Of a stretch of 64,000 bases of DNA, positions 1 to 12,908 are shown piece by piece. Both the position numbers and the translations under genes were made by a program. The stretch comes from Tubiluchus corallicola (lineage: Eukaryota > Animalia > Priapulida), in assembly GCA_030141605.1 (NCBI GenBank), contig JAQGDQ010000790.1, positions 31,406-95,405 of the forward strand, read 5' to 3'. Position 1 is the stretch's first letter, and each line of letters starts with the position of its first letter. The notes beneath the pieces are model-generated. The model did no database searches and was not told the DNA's origin. It worked only from the letters and a program-made list of their open reading frames with translations.

Positions 1-520
1 CAGCAGTGACAACGATGATGACCATGGCAGTGGCGGCGATGTCAACAATGACGACGACAACAGCAGTAGCATTAACAACAATACCAGAAGTAGCAACAAC
101 TGCAACAACACAGAACAACAGCAGTAGAAGCAGTGGCAGCATCAAGAGCAATAATATAAGCAACAACACAGCAACAATGGCAACAGCAGCAGTAGAGGTA
201 GCAGCAGCATTAACAACAATAGCAGAAGTAGCAACAACATAGAACAACAGCAACAGCAGCAGTAGAAGTAGCAGCAGCAGCAACAGCAACAATAGAAACA
301 ACAACAATAGCAACAGCAGCAGTAGAGGTAGCAGCAGCATTAACAACAATAGCAGAATGAGCAACAACTGCAACAACACAGAACAACAGCAACAGCAGCA
401 GCAGAAGTAACAGTAACAGCAACAGCAACAATAGCAACAACAGTAGCTACTGACGTGATGACGAAGATGATAACAAGAAGAACAACAACAACAATAATGG
501 CAACAATAGCAGTGATAAAC
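1..520. repeat. Degenerate (CAA/CAG/GCA)n trinucleotide microsatellite in a calpain intron
   Basis: Continuous caa/cag/gca triplets; the ORFs here are poly-T/A/N/L low-complexity products. Confidence 0.9.
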
Positions 521-1117
521 TGAATGTATGTCATTACATAAGCAGACTGTCTGTTAGTCTGTTCTTCGACTAATAAGTGAAGTTAAAATGGTCTCTAGAC
601 ATTTGTGAAACAGCTGCGAAAAACGAAAAATTTGCAATGATGCTATAGGTCCAATAAATAGATTTGGTTACAAGTTTATCCTAAGTACAGCGGAGGAGCC
701 AAAGTATCAAGAGCATGGCTTTGAGATGCCAAACACTCTCTGGTGGTGAGATGGAGGATGACCAGTCACAAGATTTCTTGCCAGAGTGGACAATGGTTTC
801 CCCTAAAAATAACTATGCTGTGTAATCTTAAGGGAAGCTTTCAAGTGTTTTCGGGGTGCTTGTTTTTGAATGCTCTGCCCTGGTCTTGGATCCGCCCCCA
901 GGCTGCAGCTTTAATCCTAGGCATATGCTTTGGTGTTTACAGTGCAGCTGACACAGTACACAAGCAGCTAAAAAGTAAACAGCAATTCATGCTGTACCTA
1001 TGATGCTGAGCAACTGAAGTTCCTATTAGCAGAATCAACATGGTAACATAATTATGTCATTTGTTGAAGTTCTTTCTTTGATAAATATTGTTGCTTGGCT
1101 TGAAGGACATGAAGCTC

Positions 1118-1868
1118 ATTGACCAAGGGTGGTTTGACTGGCATGAAACTTAGTGATCCAGGGTGGTTTGATTGGCATGGAATTTAGTGATCAAGAGTGG
1201 TTTGACTGGCATGGAATTTAGTGACCAACAGTGGTTTGATTGGCATGGAATTTAGTGACCAACAGTGGTTTGATTGGCAGGGAATTTAGTGATCAAGAGT
1301 GGTAAGATTGGTATGAAAATTTAGTGATCAAGAGTGGTAGGATTAGCACGAAAATTTAGTGACTAAGAGTGGTTTGATTGGCATGGAATTTAATGATCAA
1401 GAGTGGTAGGATTGGCATGAAATTCAGGGACCAACAGTGGTTTGATTGGCATGGAATTTAGTGATCAAGAGTGGTAGGATTGGCATGAAAATTTAGTGAT
1501 CAACAGTGGTAGGATTAGCACGAAAATGTAGTGACCAAGAGTGGTTTGATAGGCATGGAATTCAGGGACAAACAGCGGTTTGATTGGCATAAAAATTTAG
1601 TGACAAAGAGTGGCTTAATTGGTATGAAATTCAGGGACCAAGAGTGGTATGATTGGCATGAAATTTAGTGATCAAGGGTGATTTGATTGGCATGGAATTC
1701 AGGGACCAACAGTGGTTTGATTGGCACGAAAATTTAGTGACCAAGAGTGGTTTTAATTGGTATGAAATTCAGGGACCAAGAGTGGTTTGATTGGCATGAA
1801 ATTCAGGAATTGAGTGTGGTTTAATTGGCATGAAATTTAGTGATCAAGGGTGGTTTGATTGGCATGAA
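1118..1868. repeat. 34-bp minisatellite, about 22 copies
   Basis: Unit gtgaccaa(c/g)agtggtttgattggcatggaattta; gtgacc occurs at 1221 and 1255. Confidence 0.95.
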
Positions 1869-1915
1869 GCTAACGACTAATTCTAACAGCAGCTTAACAC
1901 ACAACAAGTTGTTAC

Positions 1916-2084
1916 CTCAATGGAACAACCCATTAAAGAACCACGCTGAAGTGCTTTCTTCATGATGGCGAACAGCTTTGCTGGAGCCTCCTGGAGGTCA
2001 AACATTTCCGTCACTCCTCCGGTGAAATCTTCCATAGCCTCGCACGAGCTTCCACCTTTCAGCGACTCATAAGATCCATGCAGC
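1916..2084 (-). CDS. Classical calpain (CysPc domain), coding exon 4; gene continues beyond the left edge
   Basis: tcacag|G CTG CAT..ATT GAG|gtaac; encodes [23 protein letters not shown]...GSLMGCSIE; 169 nt, phase 2 to 0. Confidence 0.95.
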
Positions 2085-2189
2085 CTGTGATAAAACACAA
2101 AATAAAATGAGAGCAACGTGGCTAAAACTGGCCAGCAAATGGATCGAATCTTTTTCAATACCCACTGAAAAGTTTTTAAAATCATAGAG

Positions 2190-2670
2190 CAGGAGTGTGC
2201 AAATTGCGACCCGCCGAGAGAATTTGTGCGGCCCACGAAGAGATTTGTCAACCTAATGAAAGTGCGGCCCGGGCGATTAATTGAGTGTATCCAGCTGAAG
2301 TCCATGCCACGATCCCAAAGTTAGTGCGGGTAGTTTTTTCTACTAGATCGGATGGCATTACCCTTACAAGATGGTTGTAGCTTAATGTCACTGTACTACA
2401 TAGACTGTGTGATACACATTACTAATATGCATTGTAATGAAATTACCACTATCTGTCCTGAAAGTAGAAATATATGGTTTGTAATATAAATTTTAATAAC
2501 TTCTAAAATAGTTTCTTGAGTGTAGTAGTAATGATGTATGCAGGTCGGATGCAAAAAAATCGTTATTAGGCCTTTCTGTACTTGGCTCCTTGATCAAACT
2601 GCTTGTGGCCCGCAGGAATTGCGGGAAAGTTTAATGTGGCCCGGCTAGTCAGATAATTTGCACACCCCTG
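2190..2670. mobile_element. hAT-like MITE
   Basis: TIRs caggagtgtgcaaatt / aatttgcacacccctg; internal ggccc motifs; degenerate 8-bp flanks tcatagag / tcgtacaa. Confidence 0.7.
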
Positions 2671-2710
2671 TCGTACAAGATTCCGAAGTTTTGCAGAACT
2701 AAGTACCTAC

Positions 2711-2966
2711 TTGGCATACGCTTTCTCCATCAGGGCCGTCCAGAATTCATTGTTCTCTGCAGAATGCATGTAAACAAGCTGCCCGTTGTAAGTTGGCAAC
2801 AGATCGTCCACGACAACATCCACCCAGCAGCCATATTGCCAGAACTGGAAGTGGAACGCGCCGCAGTAGTCGCCATCGCGGAAGCTCTGGTCATTTGGAA
2901 CAATGTTGTGCAGCAGTTGTTCGTTCAGGGTGAGAGAAGCAATGGCTGCCAACAACCAACAATCAC
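2711..2966 (-). CDS. Calpain coding exon 3, containing the catalytic Cys
   Basis: cttacag|GT GAT TGT TGG; encodes (G)[11 protein letters not shown]...FWQYG...VVVDDLLP...[14 protein letters not shown]; donor AA|gtaggt; phase 1 to 2. Confidence 0.97.
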
Positions 2967-3959
2967 CTGTAAGAACAATGAACCATTAAGAAAGGCATCA
3001 AGGACAATGGCTTTCGGTTAAATTAGGAAATATTAATAATAATATAAATACACTTATAATCAATAATAAGCAAGCTCGTTCAACGGTGGGTGTAGAAGGC
3101 ATATTTAGAATTTGCGAGAGGGCCACAGCGTCCCGTAACGGACGTTTTCCTGGACCCAACTCGTGATTTTTTTTCGAAATTTCGACCAAACAGCATGCAG
3201 AAAAACGTTCTAGCGGCGCCAGGTGGGACTCTCGGAAGGAGATATAAAGCTCTTTAGAAAGAGGAAGAACAGGGCCACACGATGGTTTGGGCTATATTGT
3301 AGGACACGTCCACCAAGAGGAGCGCCGATGAGTTAATTAGATGTTCGATTTCTGGCAATTTTCGCTTGGAAAACTGCTGACGCAAAGTCATTGTTCTGAC
3401 GTCATCCATTATACTCTGCTTATAACCTTATAACTTTAATTCAGTAAAAGATGCTACTGGCTTTGCATTATAAATGAGGACTATGTAGAATGTTTGTGCA
3501 TTGTTGATTATAAGTGGATTTATACGCAAAATTTTTTGCGAGGCCTTTGTTAGTTAATAATAATGAAACAAATGTTATTTATGCTTAAAGGAGAAGAAAC
3601 GGGATTTTTATCCTGAAATGCATCTCCAAAGGTATTTTCACACAAGATTATATTACTCTTTATATTACACTTTAGGGATGACAGACTAGATGACCTTTTG
3701 GTTTTTTGCCATCCCGCCCTTCTTTAATCTTTGTAAATCATTGTTATATACTATCTATGATTGTTATTTTGAAGGCAAAAAAATAAATAAATAAATTATT
3801 GTTATTACTTGGTGTCACGCTTAACTGTTTGAAAGAATTATGTAACCAGAAAAGAAAATTCTTTGTAATTTAAAATATTCGCACCACCTGGTAATACAGC
3901 ACCGCATCATCATCCCAGTGTGCACCAGTTGTGTAACACCAGTCATAATCCCAGTAATA

Positions 3960-4232
3960 TAACATAACAACAACAACAATAATAATCTTTATTTAAAGTC
4001 GGCTTTTGGGTCAACCATTAACATTAGCTCAAAGAGCTATTATCGCCGACTGTAAACAACAACCTACAACTACACAATTGAGACTATTATTACCCCACTT
4101 TTACCCTAAATACCACGCGTCAGACAGGGCAAAGCGGTACCATTTTTAAAGTCTTTGGTATGACCCGACCCCTGGTTCAAACTCAAGACCTCCCAGACGG
4201 AAAGCAGACGCATTCCCACTAGACTAAACCGT
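3960..4232 (-). mobile_element. tRNA-derived SINE with a Meta/MESC-like central domain
   Basis: Minus strand has an A-box-like tagtctagtgg and a B-box-like gagtttgaacc, then ggtcgggtcataccaaagactttaaaaatggtacc and a (TTG/TTA)n tail. Family assignment is from recall. Confidence 0.7.
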
Positions 4233-4367
4233 CTGGTCTAAATAACCCACAACTTTCCTTAGTGAAGTTTTATGTAGCCAAACAAAATTAATTTAACAAG
4301 CTTCGGACAAAACGAAAGCTTGATTACAGACAGAAGATGCACTTTCCTTAATACAAACTTTACCATT

Positions 4368-4770
4368 GTATGTAAGTAAGTAAGTAAGTAAAAAAATTAT
4401 TTGTCTCTGAATGTTACAAAATAAACATAAACAAAAGCTAGAAACTAAAATGAAGATGGAAAAGAGACGGGGTGGCGAAAAGACCAAGGGTCACCAAGTC
4501 AACCACCCTTATCCAAACTGAAGAAAATTAACTGACCTGTCAAGTGAGGTATGTACAAATGAAAATAATCAGCAACTTAACAAAACAAAAAAAAATGAGG
4601 CAACAAGTTCAAATGAGTTTAAATTTAGAAACAGTAAATAAATTTGGCAATGAGAAGAGGCAAAATTTAAATTAGTAAACAAACCGGAAAATTTAAACTC
4701 ATAAAAAAAACTAATAGTTAAGAACTTAAGCAGAGTCTATTACATTGTCACAAAATCATTTTGTCAACAA
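4368..4770 (-). mobile_element. 3' end fragment of a LINE; a homologous 3' end lies on the plus strand at about 3675-3797
   Basis: Reverse complement gacttggtgacccttggtcttttcgccaccccgtctc matches gactagatgaccttttggttttttgccatcccgcc at 3684; tails are (TTAC)n and (AAAT)n. Confidence 0.5.
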
Positions 4771-4955
4771 AATCAACAACTTTTAACCACATAACAGATA
4801 TGAAAATGAAGATATACTATAAACTGCTGGGTGAACAAAATGCAAGAAGAAATTTTGAAGTTTGGTGACCGAGTTATGTTAAGAGCAATTCCGTACTGCC
4901 TTTTCTTATGAGTCACTGACCAAACAAAAGAGGAAAAATGAAAAGGCATCTGTAC

Positions 4956-5025
4956 CGAGTTCTCCTTGCTTAACGTCGAACCTGCTGGCACCTTCCACGA
5001 ACAACTTCGGATTGCTAACAATTTC
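4956..5025 (-). CDS. Calpain coding exon 2 (not shown in the ORF track)
   Basis: ttttcag|GAA ATT GTT...GAA CTC G|gtacag = EIVSNPKLFVEGASRFDVKQGEL(G); 70 nt, phase 0 to 1; joins exons 1 and 3 to give QGELGDCW. Confidence 0.97.
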
Positions 5026-5107
5026 CTGAAAAAAAAACCAGCAAAGAACAAATTAATCCACCTGATAAATTCCAACAGGTGCGCAGAACGCATGGTTGGG
5101 ACTAAAT

Positions 5108-5123
5108 CCGCCAGGGGGCAGCA
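5108..5123 (+). promoter_or_regulatory. CTCF-like core motif
   Basis: ccgccagggggcagca closely matches the CTCF core; a weaker cctagggggcatc lies at about 5254. Confidence 0.45.
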
Positions 5124-6132
5124 CAAGGCGTTTCTCATCATCCAGTTTGAATAGATTAAAATGATACGTGCTTTGAAAAGATATTTTTAAACTGGAGGCT
5201 ATTTATAATCAAAGGCCAATTTTAGGTTAACAATTATTTAGTGATTTATTTTACCTAGGGGGCATCATACAATTAAAAACTGATAAAATATGTCTATTTA
5301 TTTATCTGCCTGTCTGTACCTGTCTTGACTGTCTCCAAGTCAGACAGCTAATTTCCATGTAAACTTTGTAGGTCTTTTTATTCTTTTCAAACACACGAAT
5401 CACAGCTTATTTTAGGTTAATTAAGCTGAAGTACGTAGGAAAATCAGCGCCAATGAATGCTTTGATGCTTAGTTGGTAGTTAAGCAGCAGAGAGTTGATC
5501 AGTAAGCAGGAGGATGACTGCCAGAAAAACCATCTTTAAGGAATTTGAGGAAGGATGAGTACTGTGGTTTAAATGCATTTCTCAGCTTAGAGGATAAAAT
5601 TATTCTTGATAATTCATAGTGGTGTTCTGGACTCATAATTGAAATACTTTAACCACTGGTTCAACAACTGGAACTTGAAGTTTTTACAGCAGTAGCTTAC
5701 ATACTTATAATAGATACACATAAAAGAATAAAATGATACTTTATAGTCCAAGTCAGTTTGTACAGTCATTCGCAGCCATATTGACAGAAACAATTTCAGG
5801 TTTTAATAAAAGTTGTTTCTTTCAATAATGAAATTTTTTTAGTAATTTCCATGATGTTTTATTAGTAAGATGTATTTGATCATCACGGAAAGTGCATTAA
5901 AACATTCAACAAATTACTATTATTATACATACAAGTAAGCATTATAGTGCATTGTAATACAAGTAAGTGGTACATTGACAGATAATCACATAATTCATAT
6001 TCGTAACTATTTAAAATTTTTTTTCACTCTTTAAGGCTCACTCAAAGTCGTAATTACATATTATGTTTTCCTTTCTCAACTTTCAGGTTTATTGCTCTTA
6101 TATCATTGCTATTATTACATGATTCACTAATT

Positions 6133-6398
6133 TTACTTCATCCTTACTTACATTAAGTTATCTACAGAAGAATGCATAATTATAATCATTTTTTCATTTA
6201 ACTAAAGTGAGTGTGTTAATGACTGTATGGTCGTACACTCACCTCGCACTACTCAAATTATTACATCATTTACTTCATCCTTATTTACATTAAGTTATCT
6301 ACAGAAGCATGCATAACTATAATCATTATTTCATTTAAGTAAGGTGAGTGTGTTAATGACCGTATGGTTGTACACTCACCTCGCACTACTCAAATTAT
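6133..6398. repeat. About 137-bp tandem duplication
   Basis: ttacttcatcctta...cacctcgcactactcaaattatt is present twice. Confidence 0.85.
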
Positions 6399-7703
6399 TT
6401 TATTTAAAGTTTATTAATGTGTTTGATATTGTATTTTTTGATGTGCGAAATTCATAGTTCATAGTATTATTATCCGGCCCTAGGTATACTTACTGTACAC
6501 CACACTAAACAGAGCTGGAACGAGAGATATACGGTAAGTATGTTATTATTTTCGTTCATAGTAACTTCCTGTGTTCCCTAGTCAGCCATTATAGGCTTTG
6601 GAATGTAATTTATTGGATCGCAGAATAATAGTGTCAGCTATTATTAGCCATATCAGTGTCAGAGTGAATTGTCAACAAAACAGAGTGACGTGCAATTTTC
6701 AAAGCAATAAGCGGTGCATTGCTGCATGGCGATTACGGTGGCACATCGTTATCAATGTCATTAAATCATCCTCCCCCCCCCCCCACCTGCTAAATGCAAG
6801 AATGGTTTGTAAAGAAGAAAAAACTGACTACCTTTACACAAACAGTGGAATATCTAAGTGCTATCACTGAGGCTTGTAAGTTACTTCTACTTTTGTGCTG
6901 GTACTGAGTTCGAATACCAGGTGAATCGGATTTTTCATATCAGTTCACATGTAAAGCTTTTAAAGAACTTGCCGAATTTCAAATGTTAGATCAAGGTTCA
7001 AGACTGTTCATTTCACTTATTCCCATTGTTTTTTATTAACTCTTTCTGAAAGCTAAGTCAGTACTGGTATTAATTGTTTTTAGTTGATAGGATATATGCT
7101 TCTCGTGCGTGGACGCTTAGGCCTAAACAACAAGATCTGTTTGTTCGAATTTCACACGTAACATAGTAACTCATGCACGCGGTTTAATCTACGGCAATAT
7201 AATCGAAATTAAATCCCTAATGAAAAATGGTAGCTAGCATTCACACGTACAGCATCGGCACAGAGTCGTCTTGAGTTGGAAGAACTTGAATAAGGTTCTC
7301 ACATTGAGATTTCAACAAAATGCAGTTTAGTAGCGATGACGGTTCAAATTATTAATGCACAAAAAATTACCAATTTTACTAGATTTAACAAATCGGAATA
7401 ACTGCAGTACATTTTCCTTCAGCTTGATTGGTAGTGTATGGAACACAGGGTCGCGTGTTCAAACCACAATTACATTATTATTTTTTCTGCCTTTTCTGAC
7501 TTTTCTCGCCGAAAACACTTTTGGATCTTTAACACAGTTTAGGCAGTTAACAATAACATAATGATAACTACTAGTAATGGAAAATTTTAATGCATTTTAT
7601 CTATGACATACCTGCGACTGTGTTCATTGAAACTCGAAAGTGCACAGAGTAAACAATGTTTAAAACTAAAGCAAAAAGACAGAAAAGACAGAGTCAACCA
7701 TTA

Positions 7704-8888
7704 GGGCCATTTCACACAGATGACGGGCGGCAAAATTCCGCGAGAAAAATTGAAACACTTTGCTTTCCACGGAGCATTTCATACAGACGCCTTCTCAGGA
7801 AACTTCTTCGTAGAATTCCGTCAGCTAGAAGCCATGCGTCCTACTCACGAGGAAATTTTCTGCTTGGTACGATATACTGCGTCTGTTTTTGGTTTTCTTT
7901 CCCACAACTTAATGTGTCGTGAATTAATTTATAATGTCTGTTCTAGGTTATTAAAGGAAGACACGATGATTTTCTGTATACTACCCCATTTTCATGTACG
8001 GTATACATGATGTATACATTTATACTTTACACCAGTAACACCAATAACACTGCAAAAGGGTTTCTGATAACTAAATAATAGACTGAAATCTTAATTAACG
8101 GCAGGCGAGCCCAACTATTGATGACGTCACAAACAAACATCCCATGAGTGTGTTGCATTGTGTTTGCAAAAACCAAAATTGAAGCACGGTGCAACTGTAC
8201 GAGATTCAGTGTGTTTTACAAAAACTCGGCAAGATTCAAGACAAAATTCAAATTTAGCGTTGTGCTCAGACATGAGCTGACGAATGTGCGCAGCACGTCA
8301 CAAACGAATAACATTGAACTGACAGGTACGGCACCTGTTTTTGTGCAACGCGTTTCCAAAAAGCAAGCGCTAGTTCCCGTCTAAGTAGCGAATGGCGAAG
8401 TGCAAGTAACAGCGAAGACAAACGCGAAATTGTATTTCAGTAGTAATGTAATTCTTTCACGTAAGTCATTCTTGAAAAAATAGTATGTTTCTTTTCAATA
8501 TCTTAAAGAGTAGATTGCTGTTGACCTACAGTTTAAGATCGTGTTCAGTTTTGCTTTAAGGCAATGCCGAAGGCAACAACGAATGAATGGCACTTGTATA
8601 AAAATTATTGCATATCTATTGTTCACAAACCCTGAAGATTTTGCTGGCTACTCTAAAAATGAACAGGTTTTATGTCTATTGAACTTATTAATTACAATTT
8701 CTATAAACTACAATTTCTAAAGGCATTGAATGCGGGAGCTAGGTAGACGCAGGGGAATACCGTTCGGTTTCTGTATAAAATGAACTTTCATGCTTCATGG
8801 GTTAGAACGAAGAAATCGATTTTTCTCTGACAATGATTCCGTGTGTCATTTCCCTCGCTTACCCTCCGTACTCTGTGTGAAACGGGCC
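7704..8888. mobile_element. PIF/Harbinger-like MITE with a nested TTAA-flanked element
   Basis: tta|gggccatttcacacaga ... tctgtgtgaaacgggcc|tta, i.e. a TIR plus a 3-bp TTA target duplication. Confidence 0.7.
7951..8559 (+). mobile_element. Kolobok-like MITE, family A; other copies at 12905-13410 (-), 45316-46477 and 62224-62729
   Basis: ttaa|aggaagac...tttgct|ttaa; shared internal blocks gcccaactattgatgac, catgagctg(a/t)cgaa and gtaagtcattcttgaaaaa. Confidence 0.75.
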
Positions 8889-9470
8889 TTAGGTGGTATT
8901 CCTTCAAGCAAGTGATTTGAAAAACCCACTAACGATAATGGGACCACATTGTTCGCACGCATTTTCTCCGCCCAGAGCAAGTCTTGTTCGACTCCACCTC
9001 TCCACAATTTTGAATAATGGCATACATTTAACCTTTATGAATTGAGGTACATGCTTCAATGCCCATTGTCCAGCCAAGCGAATGAACAGGTGTGACGGCA
9101 CAAGTGGTCACCCAGCAAGTTATGTGTATATCGCTCTTGCGCATATTTTTACTATAAATAAATATTTCATTTTAGAGCGTTAAAGGACAAGACAACCCTT
9201 TACTAACATAAAGGTAAAAAACTGTCTTGAAATTTTGTACGCCTGCAACACACAGCTTGTATTAACAAAAAGTACAAGCAGGGCTGTATAAAACTTGTAA
9301 ATTTAAACTCACGCAATGACATTTAGGCGCACCCATTTTAATGGTAGGTTGTCTGAAATAAGTTTAGGTAAGGTTTAAAAAATAATCACAGGATTCGCAG
9401 AGCACACTTTTATGTTGCTAATACGGTTAAAATAGATTCATTAGTGAGTCAGTGGTGCACATTGCGACAG

Positions 9471-10290
9471 TGATTTGAGTTGATTTAATATTTTATTTCA
9501 AACTTTACAAAGTTCATAATATATTATATTATACACATCACAAATTAATACAAATAATACAATAAATCATGACACACAACAATAACCCAAGTAACAATTA
9601 ACGATATAACAAACTACGCCAATGGCGTCTAATTACAGAAGAAAAGTTTACATCACTGTTTAAAATGTTCTTGCATATAGAATTTTCACTCTTATTCAGC
9701 CTGACGTGTAAACTGTATGCACATTTTCTGTATGCACATCAAAATAAATAATATTAAGTCTAGTAGAAATATATCTAGCGCTCGTATCATATGAAAAGTT
9801 AAACAGCTTCCGTGTTGATACATTATATGCAACCTTGAGTTTGCTAAGATTGAAAGAATAAAAATGTCTCCAAGTGGACATACTATAAAAAGTAGTGCAG
9901 TAAGCATTAAACAATAGTCTCTTTACGTTAACTGAACAGTGAGTAAATTTCATAAGAAATTTATTTGCTCTACCATAGTAAATTGAGCATTGCCGTGATA
10001 TATCTAAATCATCTCTATTGTCATCTGATAAAATATGACCCAGGTATTTTTCCGTTTTACTAGGTACAAAACTTTTACACTGCAAAACAACAGACCCAAA
10101 TGTAAACTGCTGCATGTGGGCAGAGCGAAACGTGACAAGTTTAGTCTTATTCACATTTACAAGGATATCATATTCTTCAGCAAATTTATTAAAACTATCT
10201 AGCAGTCTCTGCAAAGCCGTCGAGGTTGTTGCTAAAAGACATATGTCATCAGCGTACATCAAGTGATTGATGCAGGCTTCAGTAATGTGA
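9471..10290 (-). mobile_element. 5'-truncated non-LTR retrotransposon (RT C-terminus plus 3' UTR)
   Basis: ORF 9696-10352 contains INHLMYADDICLL, NVNKTK, KYLG and GRANKF..F..CS..VK..LF..YC..FY; AATAAA followed by an aaatca-type tail near 9471-9500. Clade not determined. Confidence 0.9.
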
Positions 10291-10828
10291 CAACGCATAC
10301 AAGAGTAAGTGAAACAGTGAAACAGTGACGCTTTAGTAGACAGAACAAACATTTATAATTGCTAACAAATTTCTTTTGTAGTTACATAAGTCCCACACAG
10401 GTAAGTGTAATGTTAAGTAATAGAACTTTGCATGGAAAATTTTTTGGGACACACTTTATAATACTCTTTTCTTCACGTTTAAAGGGTACTTGAACAATAA
10501 ACAGATAAGAGATCATGCTTCAGTCTTCTATTAATAATATCATTATAATTATTTTATCATACATTTTTTAATTCGAATTTGATTTGAACATAGAATTATG
10601 GATCCGAAAAAACATGCAATTAGCATAATTTAGCTGCAATTTCTATGCGCCATTTTTTAAACAAATTTTCAGTGATTTTACTGAGGAATAAAATCAAGTA
10701 ATATGCATCTTGCAAGATTACTTTTTAGTAACGATACGAAAATTTATTCGAAGTTTTCTAAAACTGACTTCGAACTCGATTTGGATTCAAAATCTTGAAA
10801 TTCGCTTTCACCCGGAATTTGAAAGGTA

Positions 10829-12056
10829 AGTAATTGTTTGTGATGTGGTTACGCCATGTGAACGGTGCAAATAAATGTTTTTGATGTGGTTACACCGCCT
10901 GGGCGGTGTAAATGACTGTTTGTGATGTGGTAACGTAGTCTGTTCAGTGTAAATAACTGTTTGTGATGTGGTAACACTGTCTGCTCGGTGTAAATAACTG
11001 TTTGTGATGTGGTAATGCTGTCTGCTCGGTGTAAATAAACTGCTTATGGTGTGGTATATGCTGTCTGCTCGGTGCAAATAACTGTTTGTGATGCGGTAAC
11101 GCTGTCTGGGCAGTGTAAATAATTGTTTGTGATGTGGTAATGTAGTCTGTTCAGTGTAAATAACTGTTTGTGATGTGGTAACACTGTCTGCTCGGTGTAA
11201 ATAACTGTTTGTGATGTGGTAACGCTGTCTGCTCGGTGTACATAACTGTTTGTGATGTGGTGATGCTGTCTGCTCGATGTAAATAAACTGCTTGTGGTGT
11301 GGTGTATGCTGTCTGCTCGGTGCAAATAACTGTTTGTGATGTGGTAACGCTGTCTGCTCGGTAAATAACTGTATGTGATGTGGTTACGCCATCTGCACGG
11401 TAAAAATAACTGTTTGTGATGTGGTAACGCAGTCTGCCTTGGTGTAAGTAACCTGCTTGTGGAGTGGTAACGTAGTCTACCTTGGTGTAAATAACTGCTT
11501 GTGGAGTGGTAATGCAGTCTGCTCGGTGTAAATAAACTGCTTGTGGTATGGTAAAATAGTCTGCTTTGGTGTAAATAACTGCTTGTGGTGTGGTAACGTA
11601 GTCTGCTCTGTGTAAATAAACTGCTTGCGGTGTGGTAACGTAGTCTGCTCAGGGTAAATAAACTGCTTGTGGTGTGGTAACGTAGTTTGCTCAGGGTAAA
11701 TAAACTGCTTGTGGTGTGGTAACGTAGTCTGCTCAGTGTAAATAAACTGCTTGTGGTGTGGTAACGTAGTCTGCTCAGTGTAAATAAGTGCTTGTGGTGT
11801 GGTAACGTAGTCTGCCCAGGGTAAATAAACTGCTTGTGGTGTGGTAACGTAGTCTACTGAGGGTAAATAAACTGCTTGTGGTGTGGTAACGTAGTCTACT
11901 GAGGGTAAATAAACTGCTTGTGGTGTGGTAACGTAGTTTGCTCAGGGTAAATAAACTGCTTGTGGTGTGGTAACGTAGTCTGCTCAGTGTAAATAAGTGC
12001 TTGTGGTGTGGTAACGTAGTCTGCCCAGGGTAAATAAACTGCTTGTGGTGTGGTAA
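10829..12056. repeat. 41/42-bp minisatellite, about 29 copies; an isolated monomer lies at about 15200-15251
   Basis: Unit aaataactgtttgtgatgtggtaacgctgtctgctcggtgt grades into aaataaactgcttgtggtgtggtaacgtagtctgctcagggt. Confidence 0.95.
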
Positions 12057-12559
12057 ACAGTCAATCTCAGCTACTAATCTACTAATAAAACGAGATAAAT
12101 TGTTGTAACATGAACAGTTCATACAAGCGAACTGCATATATTCAACGTCACACCATTTCTCCTATATATGTGCTAATCTGTTCGATAAAATAACCAATCA
12201 AATAGCTTAGTCTTAAGAAGTGTTAAAAAAATTGAAAAAAAACCTGAAATATTCGTAACTACTATGTATGGCTAGAGGTCTCACAGACTGTGAGATACTA
12301 AACAAGTGACGTCACACACAAATTTCAAATGCATTCCAACATCGTGAAAAAATTCATGTACCGTGCTAAGCCTTTAACAAGCACTCGTTGTATTAAGGTG
12401 GATGTGACCCGAAACAGACCTTTTAACTTAACGTTTACCGTTATCTTAAAAATGCCTCCAGGACTGATCTAAATCAGGCGGAAATTATTTGAAGGTTAAT
12501 TTTATTTTGCTTCGGTAGTCAGTAGCCGGCAAGCTTTTTATGATGTTAAAATTATGTTT

Positions 12560-12908
12560 TTAAAGGACAAGAAAAGAAGCACCTGAAGTAGGTTTCAGAA
12601 AAATCGCCTTAAAATATTATACTACTTTACAGCAAGTTTATGCGTATATCATATTCGCGCTGAAAGGAATTACGAATGCTCTGATTATTTTTTCAAACTG
12701 TACTTAATGTTATCAAAACTTGTTTCAAACGACCTACCATGAAAATGGCTGCGTCTAACGGTCCCCGCGGGAGTTTAAATTTACACGTTTTATACAGCAT
12801 TACGGCCTATGCAAGCCATGCATACGAAAAGGCAGTATGTAAGTTGCATAAAATTTCGAGACGAATTTTTTAAGTTTTATATTGACGAAGGGTTTTTTTG
12901 TGCTTTAA
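12560..12908 (+). mobile_element. Kolobok-like MITE, family B; copies at 56776-57093 (inverted) and a partial copy at 9180-9370
   Basis: ttaa|aggacaagaaaa...gtgct|ttaa; cctgaagtaggtttcagaaaaatcgccttaaaa is the reverse complement of about 57040-57072. Confidence 0.7.

Noticed and set aside
707-802. Possible next calpain exon GKPLSTLARNLVTGH... after tttttag (phase 0, minus strand)
   Set aside because: It only loosely resembles GLVxGHAYS, lacks AYS and stops after 31 codons; the true exon probably lies outside the window.
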